Shown: positions 1 through 8,594, counted from the stretch's first letter. The stretch is DNA of 32,000 nt from Cuniculiplasma divulgatum (GCF_900083515.1 NZ_LT671858.1:1260001-1292000); one strand, 5' to 3'. The notes: generated from the letters alone by a model not told the origin. Made by a program: numbers and translations.

Positions 1-241
1 CCAGTTCTTTCCTCTTAGCCTGTATTAGGTCTCCAGCCTTCCTGACTATTCGTCCTCTCTCCTTCGAGCCAAGATCATTCCACTTCCAGAATGTTCCTTC
101 TGCCGCGTCTATGGCTCTACTCACATCATCTTTTGTTGCAGCTGGAAATGTATCAATTTTCATGCCTGTTGCAGGGTTCAGATCATCCAGTGTTTTTCCA
201 CTTGACGAATCTACCCACTTTCCATCGATTAAATTCTTCAT
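1..241 (-). CDS. Aldehyde dehydrogenase family protein, N-terminal fragment (gene continues beyond the window start). It may be a Thermoplasma-type glyceraldehyde dehydrogenase.
   Basis: Not in the ORF track because it runs off the edge. The reverse complement from ATG (241..239) reads MKNLIDGKWVDSSSGKTLDDLNPATGMKIDTFPAATKDDVSRAIDAAEGTFWKWNDLGSKERGRIVRKAGDLIQAKRKEL. This is the canonical ALDH N-terminus (DG.WV....G......NPATG, A...DV..A..AA...F..W, ER...L.K...L). The specific substrate is only a recollection-based guess. Confidence 0.75.
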   Translation of the reverse strand, partial: MKNLIDGKWVDSSSGKTLDDLNPATGMKIDTFPAATKDDVSRAIDAAEGTFWKWNDLGSKERGRIVRKAGDLIQAKRKEL

Positions 242-345
242 AGGTAGTAATGGCTTCAATGGAATTTAGTATTTTCTATTTTTCCGCCATATGAGTTTAG
301 TTGAATTTTCTCAATAATTTGCGTGATATTTTTTAAATAACATCC

Positions 346-370
346 GCTTAAATGAATTAAGCTTATAATG
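346..370 (+). promoter_or_regulatory. Palindrome GCTTAA-N5-TTAAGC abutting a TATA-like TTATAATG, upstream of the zinc-ribbon gene
   Basis: A perfect 6-bp inverted repeat (346..351 and 357..362) is immediately followed by the TATA-like box (363..370), about 25 nt before ATG 391. The region is shared with the divergent ALDH gene. Confidence 0.3.
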
Positions 371-390
371 CCTGAAGATCATGAGGAATA

Positions 391-582
391 ATGAATCATG
401 TGGTCTGTCCTATGTGCGGATCGGAGAACATTTTCGCTGATTCCGGATTGATAACTGGAAAATACAAATGCAATGAATGTGGGTACGTTGGCTCACTCAT
501 ATATGAATTTGATGACAAGGATTATGAATTATTTAAAAGACAGCTTGAAAGGAGTAAGAGCAGAGAAAAATTCCCTAAATAA
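391..582 (+). CDS. Small zinc-ribbon protein (63 aa)
   Basis: ATG start. There are two CxxC pairs (CPMCGS ... CNECGY) spaced as in a zinc ribbon, followed by a charged C-terminal tail. A TATA-like CTTATAAT lies about 25 nt upstream. Confidence 0.5.
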   Translation: MNHVVCPMCGSENIFADSGLITGKYKCNECGYVGSLIYEFDDKDYELFKRQLERSKSREKFPK

Positions 583-1704
583 TCATAGGGGACCCAGATC
601 AAGGATGTTTGCAATCTGTACCCCAAATTCACCTGCAAGTTTTAATTTTTCCCTCAGATTATCAACGGTTATCTTGTCCTTGTCCGCCCTTTCCTTTATC
701 TGATTTATATAGCTCTTCAGTGCATCTTTCTTAATCTCAATTATCTTTACAGCAAGTTTCCTGAATGATCCTGTTGATAGTATATCAATCCCATCTTCCA
801 CAAGCCTGATTAACTTAGTCTTGTTTGATTCTATCTCCTTCAGTGTACCATATATTCTGTCAAGTGGTACCTGGATCTTGTCGATTTCCAGCATATTGTT
901 GAGGGCAGGAATACTTGTTACATCAACTGTCTGGTTGTCATCCTTATATTCTATGGAAAGGAATGAGTTTTCATTTCCTCTTGACATAACAAATGTGACT
1001 TTAGCATTACTGTCAGGATCTGCAAATTCAACAAACAGGTTTCCCTTGTTTATGCTTGCAGAGACCATGTAAAATTTATCAATCTTTTCGTAGTCAATCT
1101 GAGCTTCCTTTCCTGCCCAGTTGCTTGCAGAGTTTATTGGTATCTTGACCCCTTTTTCCAGAAAACCAAAGCGCAGAGATTCCTTGAATAAATCTGAACT
1201 TCTTGAATTAAGTGAGAAATCGTATTCAATTGCACTCTCTGCTGTATATCTCACTGCAGCATCATAAACGCCATCAATCCATTTTACGAAGATATTCGCA
1301 TCTATGATTTTCAGAAAATCCATGGAAAGAAATGCCTGTATATTCTTTATAGAATTAGTCCTCGAGGCAGACATTGACCCTTCAAGATCATTTATTTTGT
1401 TCTTATAATCATCATTAAGTTTCCTCTTGAATTTCTCAAGTGATACACCAACTAAACTCTGTATTTCCTTCTCTGTATCATCAAACAGACCGGAAACAGT
1501 TGTTGACTTGAAATCGCCAAGTAATTTTTCAAGTGAAACCATTAAATTGTCCACTTCAGCAATGCTCTGGGGCTGTTTAGATTTTAATGCGTCCTGAAGA
1601 CTCTTGTGATTTTCATATTCGTTTTTACTTATTATTGCATCAAGTAAATACTGATAAAATGCTTTGAACATTAAATCAGAATTTTGCTGCTGGTTTGACT
1701 CCAT
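583..1704 (-). CDS. Hypothetical cytosolic protein with helical/coiled-coil ends and a beta-rich middle (373 aa)
   Basis: Long ORF with an ATG start and no predicted TM segment. I recognise no family motif. Overlapping plus-strand ORFs are low-complexity shadows. Confidence 0.6.
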   Translation of the reverse strand: MESNQQQNSDLMFKAFYQYLLDAIISKNEYENHKSLQDALKSKQPQSIAEVDNLMVSLEKLLGDFKSTTVSGLFDDTEKEIQSLVGVSLEKFKRKLNDDYKNKINDLEGSMSASRTNSIKNIQAFLSMDFLKIIDANIFVKWIDGVYDAAVRYTAESAIEYDFSLNSRSSDLFKESLRFGFLEKGVKIPINSASNWAGKEAQIDYEKIDKFYMVSASINKGNLFVEFADPDSNAKVTFVMSRGNENSFLSIEYKDDNQTVDVTSIPALNNMLEIDKIQVPLDRIYGTLKEIESNKTKLIRLVEDGIDILSTGSFRKLAVKIIEIKKDALKSYINQIKERADKDKITVDNLREKLKLAGEFGVQIANILDLGPL

Positions 1705-1806
1705 TAAATCCCTAGTCAGTAATTACTTCAATGGTTTAAGACTTTATGGAAAACCTGATTACAAGGGTCTGTCAGACATTGTTATGCTCACATATAATGC
1801 ATGCTT

Positions 1807-1821
1807 TTGTTTATTAAACAA
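1807..1821. promoter_or_regulatory. Perfect 15-nt palindrome TTGTTTATTAAACAA in a divergent promoter region
   Basis: 7-bp arms around a central T, between the divergently transcribed genes 583..1704 (-) and 1879..2349 (+). It is AT-rich, so a chance occurrence is plausible. Confidence 0.25.
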
Positions 1822-1878
1822 TATGAAGCAATGTTTTTATGGAAAGTTTATTAATGGAATTTCATAAGGAGATATCAT

Positions 1879-2349
1879 ATGGAATCTAATAAGAAAGAGG
1901 AATTACTCAATCCTCTAATAGATTCACTTGAAGTAAACATAAAGGGACTGATAATATTAAGCGATAATGAGAAAGATATTTCCAGAGCTGACGTTATCAG
2001 GAAACTTGAAAATTCTAAGGAAGAGGAAGTAAGGGAATTTCTTAATCTCATAAAGGAAGAGCGCAAAGGAACAGATGTTAACATTTTACTGGCCACATTG
2101 GGTGAATTCCTGCTCTCATCATTCCTGTTTGTAATGGGTATACTTTTTGTCATCCCAACTTTTTTTGGAGGAAATGCATCTGGTTATCTGTTAAACTATT
2201 ACGGAAATGCTCTACACAGTATATCAGAAACAAGTGGACTGCCATCTCTGACCATTGTTATAAATTTTCTTGTAGCAGTGGTCCTGCTTCTGGCTTCTTT
2301 TAACACGCTTAAAACTGCCAGGATGAACATCAGATTCCTGTTCAGGTAA
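1879..2349 (+). CDS. Hypothetical membrane protein (156 aa) with a charged N-terminal domain and two TM helices
   Basis: ATG is preceded by AAGGAG (1866..1871). There are two hydrophobic stretches (LGEFLLSSFLFVMGILFVIPTFF and LTIVINFLVAVVLLLASF). The next gene starts 6 nt downstream, so an operon is probable. Confidence 0.55.
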   Translation: MESNKKEELLNPLIDSLEVNIKGLIILSDNEKDISRADVIRKLENSKEEEVREFLNLIKEERKGTDVNILLATLGEFLLSSFLFVMGILFVIPTFFGGNASGYLLNYYGNALHSISETSGLPSLTIVINFLVAVVLLLASFNTLKTARMNIRFLFR

Positions 2350-2355
2350 ACGCAA

Positions 2356-4176
2356 ATGGATAGAAGAACAGTACGAGAAATCTATTTGGGAAGGCTCATA
2401 ATAACAGTTTTAAGTCTCGCTGTTTTTTTATTCTCCATACTTTTCTTCGTTAGTAACAAATCAGTTTTACTTAATTTTAACAATATGACAATAAATAAAT
2501 CTCTTCTGATCGTTTCCATAATGGCAATGATATTTTTTAGCCTGTATCTCACAGTATCATTTCCAAAATCACTTAGAATTAAATTCTCCAGACCCAGAAT
2601 CAGAGGAAAGCCAAACCCCGTTTATGGTTTTTTTATAATTCTTTCCATAGGGATAGGTTCTACTCTAGGTTCACCTTTATTTATACTCATACCAGAAAAT
2701 GCACTGCAATACGGCATAATATCAACGGTATCTCTTCTTGTTGCCGCCATTACTTCCCTTTTTATGGCCAAGGTTTACTTTGATGTCTATGAGTTTCACA
2801 AAAACAATGGTAGAGATATTGTCGGAGGACCTGCATTTGTAAGGGAGGCCTATGGAGTTTCATCTGTCAGATACTTCATTAGCAGAATTTCTATGTGGGT
2901 AGCGAACTCAGCCCTATCAGCCTACTGTGTGATCATCTTTTTTGACCTTCTATTGATCGTTATACCAGATAGTTCCATTGGTGGGTCGCTAATCTCAATG
3001 GTTATGGTATATGCCATTCTTGGGTTATTTGTTGTGTGGTTCATAATAAATGCATTCTTCGAGGAAAGATTTCTAAGATCTATAGGTAAGGTTCAGCTAA
3101 TTATGATGATCGTTATGGCTGTTATACTAGTTGCAGAAGAAACTGTAATTTTAAGAACACCCGCACACCTTTCGACTCATCTATTTTTTTCCTTTACAGG
3201 AAACTGGATAGAAGATATACTTATAGATACGGGATACCTGTTTATTCTCTTCTTCGGGTTTCAGGAAATCATGGCATTTCAGAGGAATATTACGGATAAA
3301 AGCACTATAAAAATACCAGGTATTAAAAAGACCATAGTGATGGATAAGGATCATGTTATAAAATGGTCAATGATTTTTACCATAATTGTCTCTTCTTCCA
3401 TTAATATCATTTATTCCATTGCAGTCCTTTTGACGCAATCCAGGGGCACAGGAATAGAGAAAAGCTCGATTCCTGCATTTCTTATTGCGCAGATGACAGG
3501 GGGTGAATCATGGTTTTTATTGATGATTATCGCATTCATCATTGCCACCCTGACAACCTTTGTACCTGCATTTCTGGCCGCATCACGACATCTTAAATCC
3601 CTTGGTGAGGACAGAATATTTCCATACAGTTTAACAAAATACTCGTGGCTATTTACACTTGTGTTCATCATCCTTCTGGTTGCATCTGGTGAATCTTTTC
3701 TCCTGAGCATTACAGATTTCATGGTTCTTATAAGTCTTGGTTTCATAACAATTTCCGGTACACACTACAGGAATGAACTTGGAAATGTGAAAGGATTGCT
3801 TTTTCCAGTTATGGTAGGTATACTGACATTTACCTTTGGTGCGTTTAATTATTTTGTTGATCCTGTCGTTGTATTATTTTCAATTCTGATCATTTCTGTT
3901 GCGTATCTTGTCCATAATCTCATTAATATGGATTCTGTGGCCCTTAAGTTATTTACTGGTTCTATGCTGGTTATGATCTTATTGACTGATATGTTCATAA
4001 ATATTGAGGTGACTGGAACTAGTGGAATTCATTTTTTCTTCCTGAAAGAAGGGTTAAAGAATACCTTTGATGAATTCTTATTGCTTATGTTTTCGCTTGT
4101 AATATTAAGTATAGTGGATTTCATGTTGGAGTGGAGGCTAAGTCGAAAAATGAACCTACTTGACATTCTGCAGTAA
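2356..4176 (+). CDS. APC-superfamily-like polytopic permease (606 aa)
   Basis: At least 12 hydrophobic helices. It has a TM1-like glycine motif SIGIGSTLGSPLFILIPE and a TM6-like LFFGFQEIMAF, resembling the APC amino acid/polyamine transporter signatures GxG..GSGIF and FFAF.GFE. The extra N-terminal helices are atypical. The substrate is unknown. Confidence 0.6.
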   Translation: MDRRTVREIYLGRLIITVLSLAVFLFSILFFVSNKSVLLNFNNMTINKSLLIVSIMAMIFFSLYLTVSFPKSLRIKFSRPRIRGKPNPVYGFFIILSIGIGSTLGSPLFILIPENALQYGIISTVSLLVAAITSLFMAKVYFDVYEFHKNNGRDIVGGPAFVREAYGVSSVRYFISRISMWVANSALSAYCVIIFFDLLLIVIPDSSIGGSLISMVMVYAILGLFVVWFIINAFFEERFLRSIGKVQLIMMIVMAVILVAEETVILRTPAHLSTHLFFSFTGNWIEDILIDTGYLFILFFGFQEIMAFQRNITDKSTIKIPGIKKTIVMDKDHVIKWSMIFTIIVSSSINIIYSIAVLLTQSRGTGIEKSSIPAFLIAQMTGGESWFLLMIIAFIIATLTTFVPAFLAASRHLKSLGEDRIFPYSLTKYSWLFTLVFIILLVASGESFLLSITDFMVLISLGFITISGTHYRNELGNVKGLLFPVMVGILTFTFGAFNYFVDPVVVLFSILIISVAYLVHNLINMDSVALKLFTGSMLVMILLTDMFINIEVTGTSGIHFFFLKEGLKNTFDEFLLLMFSLVILSIVDFMLEWRLSRKMNLLDILQ

Positions 4177-4202
4177 TAGAATAAAATTATATCATATACC
4201 TA

Positions 4203-4838
4203 TCAGGATGGTACTAGCGTATAGAAGAAAGCTGCAGGTAATGGAGGTATAAAAACGATCATCATCAGGAGACTTATCTGTAAGGTCATTGATACATATA
4301 TTGACTTACTTACAGCATATAATCCAATGTAAATAAGACCGATTGCGAATGAATCCAGTATGAATAGAGGGAAGTACAGACCAGGAAATCCCGGTAATGA
4401 GTTGATTAGAACAACAAAATAATATGCTTCATAAAATAGGGCAGATATTAGAATTGATGTACCACGTTTGAAGTACAAACTCATTGTCTCTATTCCAACA
4501 AGAGCAAATATGGATTGCTCAAAAAATGATGGATAATATAATGATTCCATTAGATAGGTTACCTCAGTTGTTCCAAGATTCATTACCAGAACAATGTAAG
4601 CCCACACGAATATCGCGGAAATAATAAGTATTATCCATTTTATGGAAATCAAGCCCTTGAGGATTTTTTTTCCATTTAATCCGTAAAGTGCAAGGAAAGT
4701 GATTGAGAAAACTGGCTCTATAAGGATGATATAAAAGAAGAATTTTCCAAAATTACTAAACCTATATGTAAAGAAATTTAGAATAACAGATAAAGTAAGG
4801 ATGGAAATACCAAAAATAAAAGTACCTTTCCGTTCCAT
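4203..4838 (-). CDS. Polytopic membrane protein of unknown function (211 aa), last gene of the oxidase operon
   Basis: ATG start 6 nt after the ctaB stop. About 6-7 hydrophobic helices. It contains no His and no Cys. Confidence 0.6.
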   Translation of the reverse strand: MERKGTFIFGISILTLSVILNFFTYRFSNFGKFFFYIILIEPVFSITFLALYGLNGKKILKGLISIKWIILIISAIFVWAYIVLVMNLGTTEVTYLMESLYYPSFFEQSIFALVGIETMSLYFKRGTSILISALFYEAYYFVVLINSLPGFPGLYFPLFILDSFAIGLIYIGLYAVSKSIYVSMTLQISLLMMIVFIPPLPAAFFYTLVPS

Positions 4839-4844
4839 ATTGAT

Positions 4845-5726
4845 CTATTTCAATATAGTAAAAGTAGATATTATGATTAAGATCAAAGCTATGGTAAGAT
4901 ATCCATTTGTATATGAAAAAAGTTTCCTGTACTCCTTTGCTTCTCCTTTTCTCCTGAAATAATAATATGATGGTATCAAAATCCACAGAGCAAGTGGTAC
5001 AGACGCTATTCCATAAATGAGATTCAGGCCAATTCTTGAATAGACAAATGGAATGATAGTCACTATCGCAAGGAAGATAGAATTTATTAGTATGTATTTT
5101 CTGGTGATGGCAATTCCCTTAACAGCTGGAAGCATTGGAATATTTGCAGATGAATAATCATCCTTATATTTTATAGCCAGGGACCAGAAATGAGTTGGTG
5201 TCCATACGAACACAAGAACTGCGATAAAAATTGCTGCAGGTGTTACCGTTCCTGATATTGCAGCAGAGCCGGCAAGTGCTGGAAAACTTCCTGCTATACC
5301 TCCAAATACAATATTAAGATCTGTCCTTCTCTTTAGTACCACAGTATAAAGGAAAGCGTAACTTAGAAATCCTGCTATTATGTAAATTACTGAAACGTAG
5401 TTTAGGTATGAGAATCCAACTATCATTGACGCTGCGAAGAGAACTATCAGAAGAATAATCATCTTTGATTTGTTCCTGTAAACAACCTTTCTTCTTTTTG
5501 AAACCCTCTCCATTTTTGAGTCTATATCTGTGTCATATATGTTGTTGAAGACGCCAGATGCCATAGATGCCAGTGATCCTGAAACAAGCAGAGGTATTAG
5601 AAAAATAGTATCCTTCAATGATTCTGTGTACGTAAAAAATCCTGCAATCGCAACAAGGTCGATGAGAAATGTGATCTCTAGCTTAAAAATATTATTAAAA
5701 AAAGAAAAGTTCCATTTCTGTTCCAA
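4845..5726 (-). CDS. ctaB: Protoheme IX farnesyltransferase (heme O synthase), UbiA family
   Basis: Asp-rich prenyltransferase motif NNIYDTDIDSKMERVSKRR (N...D.DID..M.RT..RP pattern). About 8-9 TM helices. The start codon of the ORF is TTG (5726..5724), immediately after the upstream TAG stop. Confidence 0.85.
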   Translation of the reverse strand: MEQKWNFSFFNNIFKLEITFLIDLVAIAGFFTYTESLKDTIFLIPLLVSGSLASMASGVFNNIYDTDIDSKMERVSKRRKVVYRNKSKMIILLIVLFAASMIVGFSYLNYVSVIYIIAGFLSYAFLYTVVLKRRTDLNIVFGGIAGSFPALAGSAAISGTVTPAAIFIAVLVFVWTPTHFWSLAIKYKDDYSSANIPMLPAVKGIAITRKYILINSIFLAIVTIIPFVYSRIGLNLIYGIASVPLALWILIPSYYYFRRKGEAKEYRKLFSYTNGYLTIALILIIISTFTILK

Positions 5727-6392
5727 CTAAAACACCGGCAGGTCTCTTGCTTCTAAATTAATAAAAGCCTTCACCGTGTTGTGAAGGTTGAAAGTATTCA
5801 ATAGGTTTAACTGAGATTCTGAAGGGTTTTCATTACTCTTGTGTGCATTGTGACCCGCTATTGGCTGAGAAACAATGGATGTTGCTGCTGTTCCGCTTGC
5901 AGTTCCATTTACCTGTATTCTAGCAAGCATTGTTGTTTGATGTACTTCACACCAGTAGGTGTAATTTCCTGGTTGGAAAAATATATAAGATTTAGAAACT
6001 GAATGCCCTGGAATCTGTGTTAACTCTCCGGTTGTTACTAGAGTTAGACCCGTCGCTGCATTTTCGTATGCAGTCAGTACGGTGCCTGGAACATATTTCT
6101 TATCCTTATTTATTGTGAATGTGTGTGGTAGATTGTCCTCCTCTATAATTGTAAAGCAGATCTTGTAGTCAAGGGGAAAATATAAAGTTGGGTTTATCGG
6201 ACCATGAGAATAGTTCCATCCACTTGCATCTGCATAAATTGTTTGATCTATTGTTCCCTTCACCTTAAGTCCAGCCGGGTCTATCAGCCCCCCTCCAGAG
6301 GAAGTTGGTGCAGATAGAACAAATGTCAATGATAATCCGACCAGTAGAATTATAACAATCCCATATACTACTCCTAATTTTCCTTTATTCAA
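5727..6392 (-). CDS. Sulfocyanin-like type-1 (blue) copper protein, membrane anchored
   Basis: N-terminal TM/signal anchor followed by a Ser/Gly linker. Upstream His ligand context NLPHTFTIN and a C-terminal copper loop YWCEVHQTTM (C-x2-H-x3-M). The ORF track starts at GTG 6401. I prefer TTG 6392 because a perfect 9-nt Shine-Dalgarno AGGAGGTGA (6406..6398) lies 5 nt upstream of it. Confidence 0.8.
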   Translation of the reverse strand: MNKGKLGVVYGIVIILLVGLSLTFVLSAPTSSGGGLIDPAGLKVKGTIDQTIYADASGWNYSHGPINPTLYFPLDYKICFTIIEEDNLPHTFTINKDKKYVPGTVLTAYENAATGLTLVTTGELTQIPGHSVSKSYIFFQPGNYTYWCEVHQTTMLARIQVNGTASGTAATSIVSQPIAGHNAHKSNENPSESQLNLLNTFNLHNTVKAFINLEARDLPVF

Positions 6393-6393
6393 A

Positions 6394-8115
6394 TTATTCA
6401 CCTCCTACTGCCGATGGATTTCCAAGTGGTTCTGGCTCCTTATCCGGCGATGGCTCTTCATCATTGTATGTATCTTCGAATGCGTTGTTTGTCGTTGTGC
6501 TTGGCTCATCCAGCGTGGACTTAATGAGATTTGCAAGGAAGAACAGCTGACCTATTCCGATAATTACTCCACCTGCGATGGCAATATCCTGATAAACCTG
6601 GAATCTTGCAAAGTAGCCGGATACGTATCTAGGCATTCCTAGAAAACCTCCTATAGTCCATCCCATTGACATTATAAACGATCCAATTGCAGTTAATGCC
6701 ATGTGCCAGGTTGCCAGGCGCTGATCGTACTTCCTACCTCTGGTTATTGTTGGCCACAACATATACACTGAAGCAAAGAGGATTCCAGTGGTTATTCCCA
6801 TGAATATGAAATGGAAGTGACCTGTTACCCAGTAAGTTCCGTGTACCTGTATATTAACCACTAGCATTGATTGCATTACACCTGTTATTCCTCCAATGAT
6901 AAAATCAAATATTCCGTTGACCACGAATAACATTGGTGTTGAAAGCCTTATTTTGTCCGCTGTCCACAGGGAAGCTATGTAATTGAATATGGTAATTGCT
7001 GACGGAATAACTACAAGGAATGAAGCTGTTGAGAAGAATAATCCCCACTGAAGACCAAATCCTGAATTTAGAAGATGATGCCCCCATACGAGTTCAGATA
7101 ATGGCATCAGTAAGGCAAGACCAATAACACCAGAGGTATAACTGTATATCTTTTTTCCCGTGAACTTTGGTATAATTTCGTAAATCAATCCAAATTCTGG
7201 AAGAATTGCAATATAAACAATCGGATGTCCCCATATCCAGAATAGTTCTGCAAATGATAGTGGAGAGCTTGCTCCTGCTACACCTGTGAAGAATATAGGA
7301 TTGAAGAAATCATAGAAGAGCATTACTAAAGCTGACATTAGAAAAGGTGCCGACGCAAGGAACATTAATAGTGTGAATAGAACGCTCCAGGCAAATAGTG
7401 GCATTTTTGTAAGTGGTACGTTGTCTCCACGATCCATTATGATCATTCTTATCACAACTATCGCAGCAATTGTTATGCCGATGAATATCATTTCCAGACC
7501 TATAACAGCCAGCCAGTTGTAAGCTCCAGCTCCGTAAGGGTTCAACTGAAGAGCAAGTGGAGGGTAAAAATACCATCTTGTGGATGTTCTTGATAAAAGT
7601 ATGAATACACCTCCGAGAAGATATATCCAGAATGCAGTGGATGAAATTGACCCATATTTATCAGCCTTTACCTTTAGGAAAGAAGGCAGCAAATAATAGG
7701 CTATTCCCATTGCCCCCCCAAGTGCCCACATGTATATCATAAGTATTGAGTGTTCTGTTGTCAGAACGTCATAAAGCACTTCTCTTCCTGCAAAAAGGGT
7801 TGGATTTGGCTCAACCAGACTTACTCTCATCAGTAGCCCAAAAGATCCTGCAATGAAGAAGAATACAATTGCGCTCATGATATATCTCATTCCAATGCTC
7901 TTTGAGTCATTCAGAATAAAATTGTTTGGTGATAGGAAACCCCCCTTCCTTTTATTTTCTCTAAGATATGACCCATAGTCGTAATAATTATTTTCGTTTG
8001 CTGCAACATCCGCCTCTGTTTTTGCATTCAGGTACTTGTAATACATGAAGAAAAGAATTGCAAAACCTATTGAGAGTATTAAGGAAAGTTCAACAAGAAG
8101 TGTAGTTGATGACAT
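6394..8115 (-). CDS. Heme-copper oxidase subunit I (573 aa)
   Basis: CuB/crosslink motif WIWGHPIVYIAILPEFG, the HH pair in LVWGHHLLNSG, and heme ligands in VHGTYWVTGHFHFIFMG and TTEHSILM. At least 12 TM helices. Ile occupies the position of the D-pathway Glu of GHPEVY, as in B-family (ba3/SoxB-like) oxidases. Confidence 0.95.
   Translation of the reverse strand: MSSTTLLVELSLILSIGFAILFFMYYKYLNAKTEADVAANENNYYDYGSYLRENKRKGGFLSPNNFILNDSKSIGMRYIMSAIVFFFIAGSFGLLMRVSLVEPNPTLFAGREVLYDVLTTEHSILMIYMWALGGAMGIAYYLLPSFLKVKADKYGSISSTAFWIYLLGGVFILLSRTSTRWYFYPPLALQLNPYGAGAYNWLAVIGLEMIFIGITIAAIVVIRMIIMDRGDNVPLTKMPLFAWSVLFTLLMFLASAPFLMSALVMLFYDFFNPIFFTGVAGASSPLSFAELFWIWGHPIVYIAILPEFGLIYEIIPKFTGKKIYSYTSGVIGLALLMPLSELVWGHHLLNSGFGLQWGLFFSTASFLVVIPSAITIFNYIASLWTADKIRLSTPMLFVVNGIFDFIIGGITGVMQSMLVVNIQVHGTYWVTGHFHFIFMGITTGILFASVYMLWPTITRGRKYDQRLATWHMALTAIGSFIMSMGWTIGGFLGMPRYVSGYFARFQVYQDIAIAGGVIIGIGQLFFLANLIKSTLDEPSTTTNNAFEDTYNDEEPSPDKEPEPLGNPSAVGGE
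6398..6406 (-). promoter_or_regulatory. Shine-Dalgarno sequence AGGAGGTGA inside the 3' end of the oxidase subunit I gene, serving the sulfocyanin gene
   Basis: The reverse complement of 6398..6406 is AGGAGGTGA, a 9-nt match to the complement of the canonical 16S 3' end (..GAUCACCUCCU). A TTG codon follows after a 5-nt spacer. Confidence 0.55.
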
Positions 8116-8594
8116 TACTTAACCACCGTCAAATATCCTCTCATGAGGTAATGATCATATCCACAGTACTCCACACATTCGAATATAAATACACCCGTAT
8201 GAACTGGTGTGAATGTTATTGTATTGTTTTGACCAGGTACTGCATAAATCTGGATGTCGAACTGAGCTATGTAAAGATCGTGTATAACTGCAAAATGATG
8301 AGAACCTTTCGAAGAACTCACAATTAAGGTATATGTTGTATTAACATGTATTGTCAATGAATCAGTACAGGTATGCGTCCCAGTGGCGTTTTCCTTTGTA
8401 AAGACCCATGCCCACTGCTCTCCTGTTACATCAATAATATGATTATTAGGATTTATGTTCGTGTGAGGCGTTTCCTTAGTGGCTATTGAGAAAGCAGGTA
8501 AGCCTGTGGTATAAATATTTAAGCCTGCCGCTGCCCCTAGCACAACCAATACACCTATAAGCCATAAAGCTTCAATTTTCATTTTCTTATTCAT
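8115..8594 (-). CDS. Heme-copper oxidase subunit II (CuA cupredoxin, 159 aa)
   Basis: One N-terminal TM helix plus a cupredoxin domain. Complete CuA motif CVEYCGYDHYLM (C-x-E-x-C-G-x2-H-x2-M) and upstream His in GSHHFAVIHD. It overlaps subunit I by 1 nt (TAATG) and the upstream small gene by ATGA. Confidence 0.85.
   Translation of the reverse strand: MNKKMKIEALWLIGVLVVLGAAAGLNIYTTGLPAFSIATKETPHTNINPNNHIIDVTGEQWAWVFTKENATGTHTCTDSLTIHVNTTYTLIVSSSKGSHHFAVIHDLYIAQFDIQIYAVPGQNNTITFTPVHTGVFIFECVEYCGYDHYLMRGYLTVVK

Noticed and set aside
1702-1890. Both divergent genes start with MESN (MESNQQQ / MESNKKE), which suggested a duplicated or inverted 5' module.
   Set aside because: The similarity is limited to four codons. 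The flanking DNA and the rest of the proteins are unrelated, so this is coincidence.
3411-3746. This and many other 60-150-aa ORFs lie antisense to or out of frame with long genes. Examples are 821..1072, 1875..2153, 6905..7087, 7310..7576, 8802..9164, 9001..9210, 9599..9832, 12608..12940, 13822..14097, 15179..15583, 15887..16342, 16592..16894, 23015..23374, 27420..27737 and 31221..31511.
   Set aside because: They lie entirely within much longer ORFs that carry strong family motifs. Their translations are low-complexity (S/L/F/I-rich) with no motifs. This is typical of shadow ORFs in AT-rich DNA.
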